The notes beneath the pieces were generated by a model that searched no databases, had not been told where the DNA came from, and worked only from the letters and a program-made list of their open reading frames with translations. From positions 1-64,000 of the IMG/VR virus record IMGVR_UViG_3300047557_001498: a stretch of DNA of 64,000 nucleotides. One strand, written 5' to 3'. Positions within the stretch are counted from its first letter, which is position 1. Each line of letters opens with the position of its first letter. Origin of the DNA: a virus. The position numbers and the translations under genes were made by a program. Shown piece by piece: positions 28,244 through 38,502 of this stretch.

Positions 28244-30625
28244 TTAATATCTTATTCTAATTTTTATTACCATTTCTCTTTCTATCGTTTTTCTTATTGG
28301 TTTGCTTAATTTAGCAACAGCAACTAAATTTTCATCTTTATCGTACAAACCAATAGTTGTTATGTATGTCAATCCGAAATCATTATTTCTATATTTAGGA
28401 TGAATGAATCCATTACTACCAGTTACATAAGTAGGATTGTTCGTATAATTAAATTCATCAGATTTTATTCTAACAAAAATATATGATGCCTCTATTCTCT
28501 CCGTTGATGTTCCTTGAAAATAATAAGAAGATGGATTGAATGTCATGGATGCGCTTATAGAGGTGTAAAGTGTTTCTGCGTTTGATGAATTTTCAAATGG
28601 AGTGATTTCATACGGTCTTGATCTATTCGTAAAAACAGAATTAAACGAATATAATGATCTTCCATTTAAAACTATAATGCCTTGATTCGGATAAAAAAGT
28701 CCATATGGTACTGAAAAAGATCCAGTATACAATCCGTCTTGTAAACTACCACTATAAACATTATACACATCTCTATTATCAACACCAATGTTTGATAGTA
28801 TAGAATCATCGATTAACGTAGTTGGAAAACTTCCAGTCAATGGCATATTGTATGAATCAACACCGAGTAAAGATAATTGCCATGTTCCTGGTTTTATAGA
28901 ATCCTTGTATCTATCTCTGTTTATATTTATTACATAAATGTAATCCGATTCTTCATAATATTTTTCATCTATATCATACTTTGAAAGTATTGTAGAGAAG
29001 GAACCTTGTTCATCAATATCGAGGTTATTGGACCCAGCATCAGCATAATCTGATGTTGTTATTGATATTACATTTCTGTTACCGATTTTATCTTCTTCCA
29101 AAAGAGGATCAATCTTACAAAAAAGTGGTGTGTCTTGTGTTAAATTAGAGTTTTCACCTAAACCCAAATTACCAAATCGGTTATCGCCCCATGTATAAAC
29201 GGAACCATTACTTTTCAGTCCTATAACAGAATGTATAGAAGATTTCACATCTACCCACCCATAACCGGCTTGGTAAAATATAACAGGTTCTACTTCCGTA
29301 TCACCTAAAAAATATCCCCATTTCCACAATGATCCATCTGATTTTATACCAAATCCTCCAAATCCGGTTGGTGATACTACCGTATATGTTTCAGATCCAA
29401 TTCTAGTTGGAGTTACAACTGGTGAAGAATCATCGTTCAAACCTAATTCATAATTTTCATTGAATCCCATTCCATATAATTCACCATTTTCTTTTAGCGC
29501 AAGTGTGAAACAGTCACCTGAAGGATGTACGTTAGTATAAACCTTTGACCAATTAGTGTCAGTACCAACTTGTTGTGGTACACCAACAGGACTCGTAGTA
29601 TTACCTAATCCTAATTGTCCAGATGTGTTATATCCCCATGCCCAAAGTTTACCATCAGTATCTATTGCAAGTGAATGCCCGTTTCCAGCTGCAGCGTGTT
29701 TCCATGTTTTAGGAAACGGTAAGGTTATTTGAACAGGAGATAATATATTTGATGTACTATTTGTGCCCAACCTATATTCGGATCCCTTTCCCCATACCCA
29801 AAGTGTACCATTCTTTTTTATAGCAAATGAATGAAAAGCTCCAGAAGTATGAAACACCCAATTATTATCTGTTCCTATTTGAACAGGAATCCTAGAATCA
29901 TTTCCAGTTCCGTCTCCTAATTCTCCGTTTCCATTACTTCCCCATGCCCACAATGTTCCATCTTCTCGAAGAGCAGTTGTAAATGTATAACCACTTGAAA
30001 CAGACTTCCAATCTGCTAATGGAAAATTAGAAATAAAAGATGGATATGATTCTTTTGTATATGTTGTTAGATTTACATTTATACTTTCACCAGCAGAGTA
30101 TGGTCTCGCTAAACCATTAAAAGATTTCGACCAACTTGGGAAATTAAATTTAAACAGTTCGGTATCAGAACCTAATAACATATTTTGATATTTTGAATAT
30201 ATTGCCTTCGATTCATAAACATTTGTTGGTATATTCCCAAATGATCCGGTGGTTGATCCATAACCATAGTAATCGCCATAAGATATTGAAAATTCTGGTC
30301 CTAAACTTTCATCTTCAGATTTGTATATGTTTTTGTAATATATCTGTGTTTCATCTGATTGTAGGGATGAAGTAAATACAGCCGTCAATCTTACGTCACC
30401 TTCAGACCAAAGAGCAGAATCGAATGTTTCATGTCTATCGTATATTGCAAGTTTTTCTTCATCTGTAATAAATTCCTTGAATACTAATGATGGTTGATTG
30501 ACTTGTAATGCAACATAATCTATTTTACCAATAGTTCTATTGTCTGATAAATCTTTTAATACATCTATACCGGTTCTTCCAGTCAATGTATCTGATAATA
30601 AATTATTTTGTATTCTTTTTGCCAT
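28244..30625 (-). CDS. paralogous structural protein with RCC1-like repeats
   Basis: DGTLWAWGSNGNGELG and DGKLWAWGYNTSGQLG repeats; C-terminal YITTIGLYD..LVAVAKLSKP. Confidence 0.75.
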   Translation of the reverse strand: MAKRIQNNLLSDTLTGRTGIDVLKDLSDNRTIGKIDYVALQVNQPSLVFKEFITDEEKLAIYDRHETFDSALWSEGDVRLTAVFTSSLQSDETQIYYKNIYKSEDESLGPEFSISYGDYYGYGSTTGSFGNIPTNVYESKAIYSKYQNMLLGSDTELFKFNFPSWSKSFNGLARPYSAGESINVNLTTYTKESYPSFISNFPLADWKSVSSGYTFTTALREDGTLWAWGSNGNGELGDGTGNDSRIPVQIGTDNNWVFHTSGAFHSFAIKKNGTLWVWGKGSEYRLGTNSTSNILSPVQITLPFPKTWKHAAAGNGHSLAIDTDGKLWAWGYNTSGQLGLGNTTSPVGVPQQVGTDTNWSKVYTNVHPSGDCFTLALKENGELYGMGFNENYELGLNDDSSPVVTPTRIGSETYTVVSPTGFGGFGIKSDGSLWKWGYFLGDTEVEPVIFYQAGYGWVDVKSSIHSVIGLKSNGSVYTWGDNRFGNLGLGENSNLTQDTPLFCKIDPLLEEDKIGNRNVISITTSDYADAGSNNLDIDEQGSFSTILSKYDIDEKYYEESDYIYVININRDRYKDSIKPGTWQLSLLGVDSYNMPLTGSFPTTLIDDSILSNIGVDNRDVYNVYSGSLQDGLYTGSFSVPYGLFYPNQGIIVLNGRSLYSFNSVFTNRSRPYEITPFENSSNAETLYTSISASMTFNPSSYYFQGTSTERIEASYIFVRIKSDEFNYTNNPTYVTGSNGFIHPKYRNNDFGLTYITTIGLYDKDENLVAVAKLSKPIRKTIEREMVIKIRIRY

Positions 30626-30631
30626 GATGTA

Positions 30632-30913
30632 TTAAAACGTATTATTTTTTAATTCGTTAGTTATAGTATTTAGATACTCAACACCTTTCATCGTTAGAGA
30701 GTAATCCATTACTTTTATCTTATCTTTTATTTTACTTATAGTATCGTAATCATATTTACGAACATCTTTTATCTTGTATAATTTTAATACAACCCAATCA
30801 ATCTTTTCCAAAACATCTTCTTTTTTTTCGGATGTATTGTAAGGTATATTTTCGATATATCCTAAATCGGATATGTCACCAATATCTAAACTTGCCCAAA
30901 ACTGATCTAACAT
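30632..30913 (-). CDS. hypothetical protein
   Basis: Within operon. Confidence 0.7.
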   Translation of the reverse strand: MLDQFWASLDIGDISDLGYIENIPYNTSEKKEDVLEKIDWVVLKLYKIKDVRKYDYDTISKIKDKIKVMDYSLTMKGVEYLNTITNELKNNTF

Positions 30914-30914
30914 A

Positions 30915-32546
30915 TTATACCGATTTTAATTCTGAAACTTCTATGTTGATTGCTTCACCAGCATATCTGAAATCAAGTGATACTTTGTATTTACTAACTG
31001 GTTTGGTTCCTTTCTTTTCATCAAGTTTAACGGTTGTGATGAACTCAACAAAGAATCCTTTTCTTCCAGGACTATCACCTATTACAATTTTTTGTTTTTC
31101 ATCCAGATTCAAAAATCCAGAACCATAAAATGTTTCCAAGTGAGCAGTGCCACCTTTTGAGTTTCCAATCATCTTAAAAAATGTTGGTGATATTCCAGCC
31201 ATACCTATTGCATAAGCAGTCATTGCAACAAACGCATTCTTTTCATTTATGATTGTCTGATATACGTCAGGTATATTTAATTTTTTACTATTGATACCAT
31301 CTAATACCCAAGATGCAACCATGTAACATGATGTCTTTTTCAAAATGGTTTCCATGTTCATAGATTTTAAATCTGGCGTTTGAGCAGGAACTTCCATATT
31401 ATTTTTAGCCAAAACATCTAAAAATTGCTTTCTTGCTTTGTTGTATTCACTTTCTGTTTTCTTTCTAACAGAAGCAAACAACTTATCTATATTTTTTTGA
31501 ACACCACTTGGTATTACAAATGTATCTAAATTTTTATTACCGAACAATTCTCTTGTATCATCTTTATCATATCTACCATTTGCATTCTTAATACCTTTAA
31601 GATCAGATGCACCAAATGTTGTCTTTAATATCTTGAACAAATCATTCTTAACAGGTTCAGCTTCTTTTAATTTAGATGAAACTATTTCAGCAGAAGCATG
31701 AGCTGTTGCAATATAACCTATTGCCTTTTGTGCATCCTTCGATACAGATTTTACTGCTTGATCGAAATTATATGCTATACTCAAAACATATTTTGAATTA
31801 CCAGATAGTTTTGGAGCATCTGGATAATTTTCTTTTCTTTTAAGTGTTTTGAAGAATGATGTTGCTTTACCGGCCTGTGCCTTTTCTTCTTTCAAAGAAA
31901 TACCAATAAGACCATCGGATATATTTGTTATTTGTGATTGAAAATATGCATTAAAAGAATCATCACCTATATTCAATGAATCTGCATTTAACATTTTAGA
32001 TGGAACGTCAGAATCCGAATATATGTAAATATCAGCAGGACACCACTTGTCTGCTGTTATTGCCATTTCATAACCTTCCTTTATTAGTTGAACCGCCTTG
32101 TTTCTCAACTTTGAATAAGTCACATCACCTCTGTCTGCATCAACTGGACCTTTGAATATCTCTTGTATTTTTTTAGCAACCGATAATGCATTATAGTAAA
32201 ATGCCTTCTCTGATGATTTAACTATATCATTTGAAAGATGTGCAATAGCAGTTATTACCAAACCATAAGATTTTCCACCATACAAAGTATCATTTTCAGG
32301 TTCAGGTAATGATATTTTTTTCTGATTGTTTTCTGGTTTACCTAATTTTTCCTCCACTACTTTAAGTTTCTGTGCAGGTAATCCTGAAAAATAGATAACA
32401 AGACCTTCCTTAAATTCTGGTGTATTTGTTTCTTTTAATGCAGTGACTTCATCTATTATCTGTTCTTTCGATGATTCCCTTAAAATATCGCGTATAGATT
32501 GAAGTATTATATTTTTATTTTCTAAAAGATTTTTATAGTTACCCAT
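30915..32546 (-). CDS. large protein with a PD-(D/E)xK-like motif
   Basis: DKWCPADIYI..LIGISLKE; start re-called at MGNYKNLLE. Confidence 0.55.
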   Translation of the reverse strand: MGNYKNLLENKNIILQSIRDILRESSKEQIIDEVTALKETNTPEFKEGLVIYFSGLPAQKLKVVEEKLGKPENNQKKISLPEPENDTLYGGKSYGLVITAIAHLSNDIVKSSEKAFYYNALSVAKKIQEIFKGPVDADRGDVTYSKLRNKAVQLIKEGYEMAITADKWCPADIYIYSDSDVPSKMLNADSLNIGDDSFNAYFQSQITNISDGLIGISLKEEKAQAGKATSFFKTLKRKENYPDAPKLSGNSKYVLSIAYNFDQAVKSVSKDAQKAIGYIATAHASAEIVSSKLKEAEPVKNDLFKILKTTFGASDLKGIKNANGRYDKDDTRELFGNKNLDTFVIPSGVQKNIDKLFASVRKKTESEYNKARKQFLDVLAKNNMEVPAQTPDLKSMNMETILKKTSCYMVASWVLDGINSKKLNIPDVYQTIINEKNAFVAMTAYAIGMAGISPTFFKMIGNSKGGTAHLETFYGSGFLNLDEKQKIVIGDSPGRKGFFVEFITTVKLDEKKGTKPVSKYKVSLDFRYAGEAINIEVSELKSV

Positions 32547-33153
32547 TTGAAACAACTCCAAATATTTTTCCGAACTTGTTAGTATATTTTATACGGTCTT
32601 GTAGACCATTAGTTCCACCGTTTATTCTTTTTGTCAATTCAAGTATTACGGTATCATTCAATCCTTTATCGGATATAGAATTTAATTTATTTTTATGAAA
32701 AAACCAAGCAGCAGATAATAACGGATATTTTTTAGCAACCAAATCTGGATTTGATATTATATCCTCGTTTACAAATTTATCAAACTCTGTATAATTATTT
32801 TTTCCAGTTAATTGAATATAACCTCTGCCTCTGAATTTCCAACCATCTGCAGTTCCTTCTACTCCATTCCCCATTCTATTAGCGTATACTCTTGAAGCAA
32901 TACGTTCTGGATTTCTAGCATAAGCTTCAGCAAGGCCTGGCTGCTTGAAATACTTTGGGAATACCGTTAGTAATCCTTTTGATGAATAGTTTAGATTTTC
33001 AGTATTAAATTTAAAGTTACCACTCTCGTGAGCACATTGTCCCAAAAAATGTGATAGTCTGAAAGGTGTGTTCATTCCGAATGTATCAATAACAGACTGT
33101 ATTTCATTATACACACCGTCAGGTATATTACCTTTCAATTTACTGACATCCAT
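32539..33153 (-). CDS. glycoside hydrolase family 19 endolysin
   Basis: FLGQCAHESG, ENLNYS, FRGRGYIQLTGKNNY, TKRINGGTNGL.DR; start re-called at MDVSK. Confidence 0.92.
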   Translation of the reverse strand: MDVSKLKGNIPDGVYNEIQSVIDTFGMNTPFRLSHFLGQCAHESGNFKFNTENLNYSSKGLLTVFPKYFKQPGLAEAYARNPERIASRVYANRMGNGVEGTADGWKFRGRGYIQLTGKNNYTEFDKFVNEDIISNPDLVAKKYPLLSAAWFFHKNKLNSISDKGLNDTVILELTKRINGGTNGLQDRIKYTNKFGKIFGVVSNG

Positions 33154-33154
33154 C

Positions 33155-33517
33155 TTAATCACCTGTCCAATGTTCAACTCTGACTGGAACTATGATATTA
33201 TTTCCTTTTTGTTCTGGTCTTCCAGAATTATGAGTTGTATTGTAATCATCTAACTTATTACATATATCCCTTGCAATCTTTGATGCATCACGTAATAACA
33301 TTTCGGAATTACCATTTATATCGGTTGCATTGGACTTAAATCCAAATATTATATTCATTCTTGTTGTTCCCCTATTGGAAGAAAAACCACCTTTATCGTG
33401 TTCTATCTTCAATACAGTCAATGTTGGGTGACTTATTTTATAGTGAACATCTGCCTTTGAAGGACCAGTTGGTATATCTGTATTATCTTCTTTCAATATA
33501 TCTTTTAATTTAATCAT
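33155..33517 (-). CDS. MIKL-motif hypothetical protein
   Basis: MIKLKDILKE. Confidence 0.75.
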   Translation of the reverse strand: MIKLKDILKEDNTDIPTGPSKADVHYKISHPTLTVLKIEHDKGGFSSNRGTTRMNIIFGFKSNATDINGNSEMLLRDASKIARDICNKLDDYNTTHNSGRPEQKGNNIIVPVRVEHWTGD

Positions 33518-33537
33518 AATCTTCTCTTTAGTTTTGT

Positions 33538-33831
33538 TTAATCAAATTGTGGATATAAACCTTCAGTTGCAATATAGTATGGAATGTAGGGTTTGCCATT
33601 GTACATATCGCCGGTATTTAAATGTATTGGATTTCCATGTTCATCTTTTGGTCTCAAATCTGGAAGAGCAAAGTGGTCACGGCCATCGCCACCAAATTGA
33701 AATCCAATCAATGAAAATAATGCCTCATGGTTTCTAACCGGTAAAACTTGTCCATTGCAATGTTCCCAACCCAACAAAACACGATTGAATTGATATGGGA
33801 ATTGCATTATTGCTCCAATGTAAATATCCAT
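33538..33831 (-). CDS. phage tail-collar domain protein
   Basis: YIGAIMQF..GW..CNGQ.L..ALFSLIG..FGGDG..FALPDLR. Confidence 0.9.
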   Translation of the reverse strand: MDIYIGAIMQFPYQFNRVLLGWEHCNGQVLPVRNHEALFSLIGFQFGGDGRDHFALPDLRPKDEHGNPIHLNTGDMYNGKPYIPYYIATEGLYPQFD

Positions 33832-33898
33832 ACTATAACTCCTAATATATTAAATGTAAACTAACACATATAAATATCAATGAAATACAAAATAAACA

Positions 33899-33927
33899 GA
33901 AATCGCCAGACATAATCTGGCGACTTC
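33899..33927 (-). terminator. hairpin downstream of the T9SS-cargo pair
   Basis: GAAATCGCCAGA-CATAA-TCTGGCGACTTC; T-rich tail on the minus strand. Confidence 0.7.
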
Positions 33928-33958
33928 GTAACTCTATTAACACATGGTTATTGAGATA

Positions 33959-35146
33959 TTATTGAACAACAACCCACTCTGTTCCATTATACCAAAGTGT
34001 TCTAGATTGATTTGGCCAAAGTGTATAATCAAGGTTAGTATCAATTCCCCAAACACTATCCTTAATAGTAAGATTGTTTGCAGTTGAACCATTGAAAATT
34101 GTTACAAGTTGTCCAGTAGTTGGTGATGTGACAGTCGCAATATTGTAATCAACAGCAACACGACTAACTACCCAACGTGAATCAGATGGTAAAGATAACG
34201 GAGCGGCGGTGTAAATACCAACACTATTTGTTTTGTGATGTGGGTTTACTTCCCAAGAAATACCATTTGTACCACGAGTAGCGTATGAACTAACGGCGGC
34301 AGTTGAACTACCTTCGAGTGATGAAAGTCTCACGGATTCTGTTTTAAAATTACGATGTTCGATTGTATTATCAATCAATGATTTTGCCGTATCTGCAAGA
34401 ATTGAACGAGCGGAGTTTGTGGAAAAAGCAGATGTTGATGCGAAATCAGCATGGTTAGCATCAAAAGCAAAAGTTGATGTATCAGCTCTGAAAGAAAGTC
34501 CAGATTTTACAGCAAACTGAGCAGTATCAGATTTAGCAGAATGAGCTGCAGTTGATGCATAAGTTGCCAAATCCGAAAGAGTTGCCTTACCGGCTGCACG
34601 AGTGGTATCAGCGAATCCTGATGTATTTGAACGATTACTTATTCTAGTAGAATCTGCAAATGTTGCCGTTACAGACGAACCTGCATTTGTTGCAAACTTG
34701 GCAGTATCAGCTTTTTCAGCGTGTTTTGCAGAAACTGCATTTGTTGCATTTGTTGCAAGTTCAGCAGTTGCAGAAAACTTTGATTTAAGTGCATAAGGAA
34801 CTCTATGAAGTGGTAATCTACCTAATGTTTGTCCATTAACATACGCATATACAAAAATATTTGATTGATTTGAAACTAAAACATTATCTGGAATATCCTT
34901 CAATGTATAATTAACAATACCGTTTGATACTTCAATATCAACATTCTCCACATACCAAAGAGCAGATGTATTCAAATGTGAGTTTTCATCGAAAGTATCA
35001 TCTGCAAGATAAACAGAAAACTTTGATTGTGCAGGCGTTCCTCCTGGTACATGAGCTTGATACTGTAAACTTGTTTGTGCAGAAAGATTAACTGCAAAGA
35101 TAAACGAAAGTGCGAGAATAAAATAACGCATAAATAAATTCCTCAT
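33959..35146 (-). CDS. secreted fibre-like protein with Ala-rich period-3 repeats
   Basis: Signal peptide, LQYQ..VPYAL motif, (AxxAxx)n stretch, C-terminal YNGTEWVV. Confidence 0.65.
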   Translation of the reverse strand: MRNLFMRYFILALSFIFAVNLSAQTSLQYQAHVPGGTPAQSKFSVYLADDTFDENSHLNTSALWYVENVDIEVSNGIVNYTLKDIPDNVLVSNQSNIFVYAYVNGQTLGRLPLHRVPYALKSKFSATAELATNATNAVSAKHAEKADTAKFATNAGSSVTATFADSTRISNRSNTSGFADTTRAAGKATLSDLATYASTAAHSAKSDTAQFAVKSGLSFRADTSTFAFDANHADFASTSAFSTNSARSILADTAKSLIDNTIEHRNFKTESVRLSSLEGSSTAAVSSYATRGTNGISWEVNPHHKTNSVGIYTAAPLSLPSDSRWVVSRVAVDYNIATVTSPTTGQLVTIFNGSTANNLTIKDSVWGIDTNLDYTLWPNQSRTLWYNGTEWVVVQ

Positions 35147-35150
35147 AAAT

Positions 35151-35591
35151 TTAATTAAAAATAACTGTTGTTGAATAAACTGAATTGTTTTTGTTTGTTA
35201 CTCGGATGATGTAAACTCCCTTGTTAGAAAGAGTAATTGTTTCTCCGGTAAAATTAAAATAACTACCGACTGATTTTCCATTCAAATCAAATATCTGAAT
35301 GTGTTTAATGTTCTCAGCATTTACATTGAAAAACCCATTGTTTGTTGGGTTTGGAAATACTTGAACATCGAATTTTGACAGTTGGTAATCCGATTCATCA
35401 CCAACAGAAAGCGCAACTTTACTCGGAATACGGATTCCAATATGGAATCCATTGGAGTAACCGGCAATCACTTGACCAAGTGACGCATTTTTGTTTCCAC
35501 CCACTACAACCCTTTTTAAAAGGTTAGGTGAAGTTTCATTTGCTAAACCGATTGAATAGCAAATAAGAAGAGCAATGATATACTTCATCAT
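35151..35591 (-). CDS. protein with a type IX secretion C-terminal sorting domain
   Basis: Signal peptide; VFPNPT..IQIFDLNGK..KGVYIIRV. Confidence 0.85.
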   Translation of the reverse strand: MMKYIIALLICYSIGLANETSPNLLKRVVVGGNKNASLGQVIAGYSNGFHIGIRIPSKVALSVGDESDYQLSKFDVQVFPNPTNNGFFNVNAENIKHIQIFDLNGKSVGSYFNFTGETITLSNKGVYIIRVTNKNNSVYSTTVIFN

Positions 35592-35642
35592 CGTAACTCC
35601 ATATTGGTTAATAAAAATACTTATATTTCTCTCTTTATCTAA

Positions 35643-35680
35643 TACAAATATAGAGATTTTCTATCAGATATGAAAGCATT
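35643..35680 (-). promoter_or_regulatory. Bacteroidota-type promoter for the T9SS-cargo pair
   Basis: Minus strand AATGCTTTC-N19-TATATTTGTA. Confidence 0.75.
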
Positions 35681-35704
35681 ATTTTTTATTTTTGATTGGC
35701 ATTA

Positions 35705-36040
35705 TTATCTTTGTTTTGGGTTGGCATCCCTTATTATTTGTTTAATCCATTCATATACTTCTGGATTATGTGAATTTACTCGCCATTCTTGCACTGCTTT
35801 GTAATCCAAATCATTACTACCAAATGGTCTAACATCACATATTCTTGCAACGTCTCCAGTCTGGAATTGAATATGCCATGCACATTTTTCAACACCATCG
35901 AAATCATCACCGTAATCAGTAGAAAATAATGGATTACCAAACGTTCTCGTTAGATGTTTGAAATCACAACTCATAACGCCAACTTGTGGTGCCAATTTAA
36001 TTTGAATATCTTTACCTACTCGGTATTTAGGATATTGCAT
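35705..36040 (-). CDS. hypothetical protein
   Basis: GAGGT SD. Confidence 0.75.
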   Translation of the reverse strand: MQYPKYRVGKDIQIKLAPQVGVMSCDFKHLTRTFGNPLFSTDYGDDFDGVEKCAWHIQFQTGDVARICDVRPFGSNDLDYKAVQEWRVNSHNPEVYEWIKQIIRDANPKQR

Positions 36041-36071
36041 AATTACCTCATTAAAATTTGTATAAATAATT

Positions 36072-36254
36072 TCACATTATTGGATTAAATGTGTTTCCAA
36101 AAATATGTGAAACTGCTAACTGTATTAAATAAAAACCAATAGCGATTGGTAGTCCTAAAACGAATACCAAAAGTATAGTTACGATAGAATAAAATAAATA
36201 CAATATGGGTGTTACTACTCCCATATAAATAAATTCCAAAAACTTGTCAAACAT
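36072..36254 (-). CDS. small membrane protein
   Basis: Hydrophobic; AAGGT SD. Confidence 0.6.
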   Translation of the reverse strand: MFDKFLEFIYMGVVTPILYLFYSIVTILLVFVLGLPIAIGFYLIQLAVSHIFGNTFNPIM

Positions 36255-36269
36255 AAAAAAACCTTTGTG

Positions 36270-36566
36270 TTATATTTTAGTAATGTGATCAATGAGGTAT
36301 TTGTAGTCTACTGAATTTAGATTTACCATCCCCTTTAATATTGGCATATCTATTGTTTTCAATCTACTCTTAAAAAACATTTTTAGTTGGTCCTTTACTT
36401 GCGGATAGACTGCATTAAAAAAATCATCATCTGTAAAATCATTGGTGGATAATAAAAATGTCAATTCATCATCCACCATTGATTGTAATTCTTTTCTTAA
36501 ATCATCACTTAATGTGATGACATCTATAACAGTTCTTGTATCAAAATTCATTGTCTCTATAAACAT
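36270..36566 (-). CDS. hypothetical protein
   Basis: Within operon. Confidence 0.6.
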   Translation of the reverse strand: MFIETMNFDTRTVIDVITLSDDLRKELQSMVDDELTFLLSTNDFTDDDFFNAVYPQVKDQLKMFFKSRLKTIDMPILKGMVNLNSVDYKYLIDHITKI

Positions 36567-36771
36567 TGTCTATGATATTATCAGTGTATATTACTTTTGG
36601 TTCTGTTAGATATGAAAAAGCCATACTCTTAATGTCTTCCTCTGTCATTCCTTTCTTCTTTGCTTCTTTCAAATCTTTTTTAAATATTTTTGTTTTGTTA
36701 CCATTATTTGCATAAAACGTCCATCCATCAACAAATATAAATGGATTATTCATCATCAAAGTCCTCGTCAT
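36541..36771 (-). CDS. hypothetical protein
   Basis: Within operon; true start probably MMNNP. Confidence 0.55.
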   Translation of the reverse strand: MTRTLMMNNPFIFVDGWTFYANNGNKTKIFKKDLKEAKKKGMTEEDIKSMAFSYLTEPKVIYTDNIIDNVYRDNEF

Positions 36772-37387
36772 CTTCTAAATCGGAAAAATCTTCATCATCC
36801 CAACCTTCATCTTCATAATCGAGTTCATCTTCTTCGATGTCATCAAAATCATCATCCCAATCTTCATCATCTAATTCGGAATCATCGTAATCGAGATCAT
36901 CGTATGAATCTAATTCATAATCATCTTTCATATTGTTTTCTCCATTATAGTATTTCAAATATCCAGATACGGCACGTAAATAATCTTCCGCAATCGTTAC
37001 TTTATATTGAAGCCAATCTTCAAACATTTCTCCATCTTCTATCATGTGATAGATTCTTTCGGCATTTTCCATTATAGAAAGAAGCTGAGCCTTCATCATT
37101 TTATCTTCACCTTCTTCTTGCCCTTCAAATTTTCTATAAGCACTTGATAGTTTACTTTCAATTTGTTCTGTTATCTTTTTAGCAATCTTATATTTTTTAT
37201 AGTTCCTTTTTAACTCGGAAGCATTTTTTGATTCCATCGTTTTCTTTTTTAATGAACCCATTGTATTAACTGCTTCGTAAAGATTCTTTTGCATTTCTCT
37301 AAATTTTATGCGTGCACTTTCTTTTTTCAAAGCACTATTAACTTCTTCACGCACAAATTTTTTTAATGAACTCATTTCATTCTCCAA
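36746..37387 (-). CDS. probable head-associated protein with an acidic tail
   Basis: MMKAQL..I...A..I..MI.D....EDWLQYKVTIAEDYL motif; D/E-rich C-terminus. Confidence 0.65.
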   Translation of the reverse strand: MENEMSSLKKFVREEVNSALKKESARIKFREMQKNLYEAVNTMGSLKKKTMESKNASELKRNYKKYKIAKKITEQIESKLSSAYRKFEGQEEGEDKMMKAQLLSIMENAERIYHMIEDGEMFEDWLQYKVTIAEDYLRAVSGYLKYYNGENNMKDDYELDSYDDLDYDDSELDDEDWDDDFDDIEEDELDYEDEGWDDEDFSDLEDDEDFDDE

Positions 37388-37428
37388 TAATATAATATAA
37401 CTATACAGTCATAAATAAATATAATCTT

Positions 37429-38490
37429 TTAATACGAATCTTTAATCATCATCAATAGTTTTTCATTATTAAATAAAGAAAACTGACTAACTCCAAACTG
37501 ATCTGGATTTGAATAAATTTTATTACGAATTGACTGCAATACACGTTCTTTTTCAGCATGAGGTGCGTGTAAGTCCTCGATAAAATAAATTGATCCATTT
37601 TTTAATTTTGGAAAAATTGCAAGATACGATGCAAAAATATCGTGATAATTATGAGATCCATCATCAATAACAACATCAAATGTTTCAACAGATTTAAAAA
37701 TATCATCTATTAAAATCAAATCGGACTGATTTCCTATGTGCAGTGATACATTTTCGGTTCCTGTAAAGTGATCGATTACTCCCGGATTTATATCTACTGC
37801 GTATAAATTTATATTTTCGTTGTATTTATTCCACATTCTAATAGAATCCCCTTTCCATACACCAATTTCTAACATTTTTATTTTTTTGTTACTTGAGATA
37901 TATTTTTCATACGTTGTGGTGTATGAATGTGCCTCATAATAAACAGTTCCCTTATCACAAATATTTTCATTTGCAATGGTTGTTAGTGTTTCATAATTTA
38001 AATAATACCCATAGGTTTCATCACCATACAACAAATGTAACGATGGGTATTTAGTTTTCATAATTTCGTGAGTAAGATCCGGTTGTAGATGAGTCTCATA
38101 TACATTACCTTCATATTCACCCTGTTCGTAATTATATGGAACTGATATAATACATTTTATATTCTTTTCATTTATATTGTTCAATAAATTCGATGCTTGT
38201 TCATAGTTCAGATGTTCAAAAATATCACCCAATATTAAATAATCATATTCACTAAAATCGAATGAACAAATATCATCAATAAAAACATTTTGGTATTTTT
38301 CTTTTAAATTAAATTGATTAACATATGGTTCCCAAATCTCTACACAATCCAATAAATAACCATGTGGTTTTAATAAATCTGAGTATGTTCCAGATCCAGG
38401 TCCAACATCTAAAATTTTAAAATCGGTTGGTATATTTTCTTGAATATACTTTTCTACATTATTCTTAAAAATGTTAAGACTATAAGGCAT
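37429..38490 (-). CDS. tandem two-domain SAM methyltransferase
   Basis: ILDVGPGSG..GDIFEHL, then MLEIGVWKG..FDVVIDDGSH..YFIED. Confidence 0.85.
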   Translation of the reverse strand: MPYSLNIFKNNVEKYIQENIPTDFKILDVGPGSGTYSDLLKPHGYLLDCVEIWEPYVNQFNLKEKYQNVFIDDICSFDFSEYDYLILGDIFEHLNYEQASNLLNNINEKNIKCIISVPYNYEQGEYEGNVYETHLQPDLTHEIMKTKYPSLHLLYGDETYGYYLNYETLTTIANENICDKGTVYYEAHSYTTTYEKYISSNKKIKMLEIGVWKGDSIRMWNKYNENINLYAVDINPGVIDHFTGTENVSLHIGNQSDLILIDDIFKSVETFDVVIDDGSHNYHDIFASYLAIFPKLKNGSIYFIEDLHAPHAEKERVLQSIRNKIYSNPDQFGVSQFSLFNNEKLLMMIKDSY

Positions 38491-38502
38491 ATCGAAACTC
38501 CT

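Noticed and set aside
25761-30625. Eukaryotic or giant-virus origin suggested by RCC1 repeats, RFC-like ATPase and polB
   Set aside because: Bacterial promoters, SD sites, groESL, peptidoglycan hydrolases and a tail-collar gene indicate a bacteriophage; RCC1-like repeats also occur in bacteria.
36746-36930. Nucleotide tandem repeat or diversity-generating element
   Set aside because: It is a low-complexity Asp/Glu-coding tail; no reverse transcriptase or template/variable repeat pair was seen in the window.
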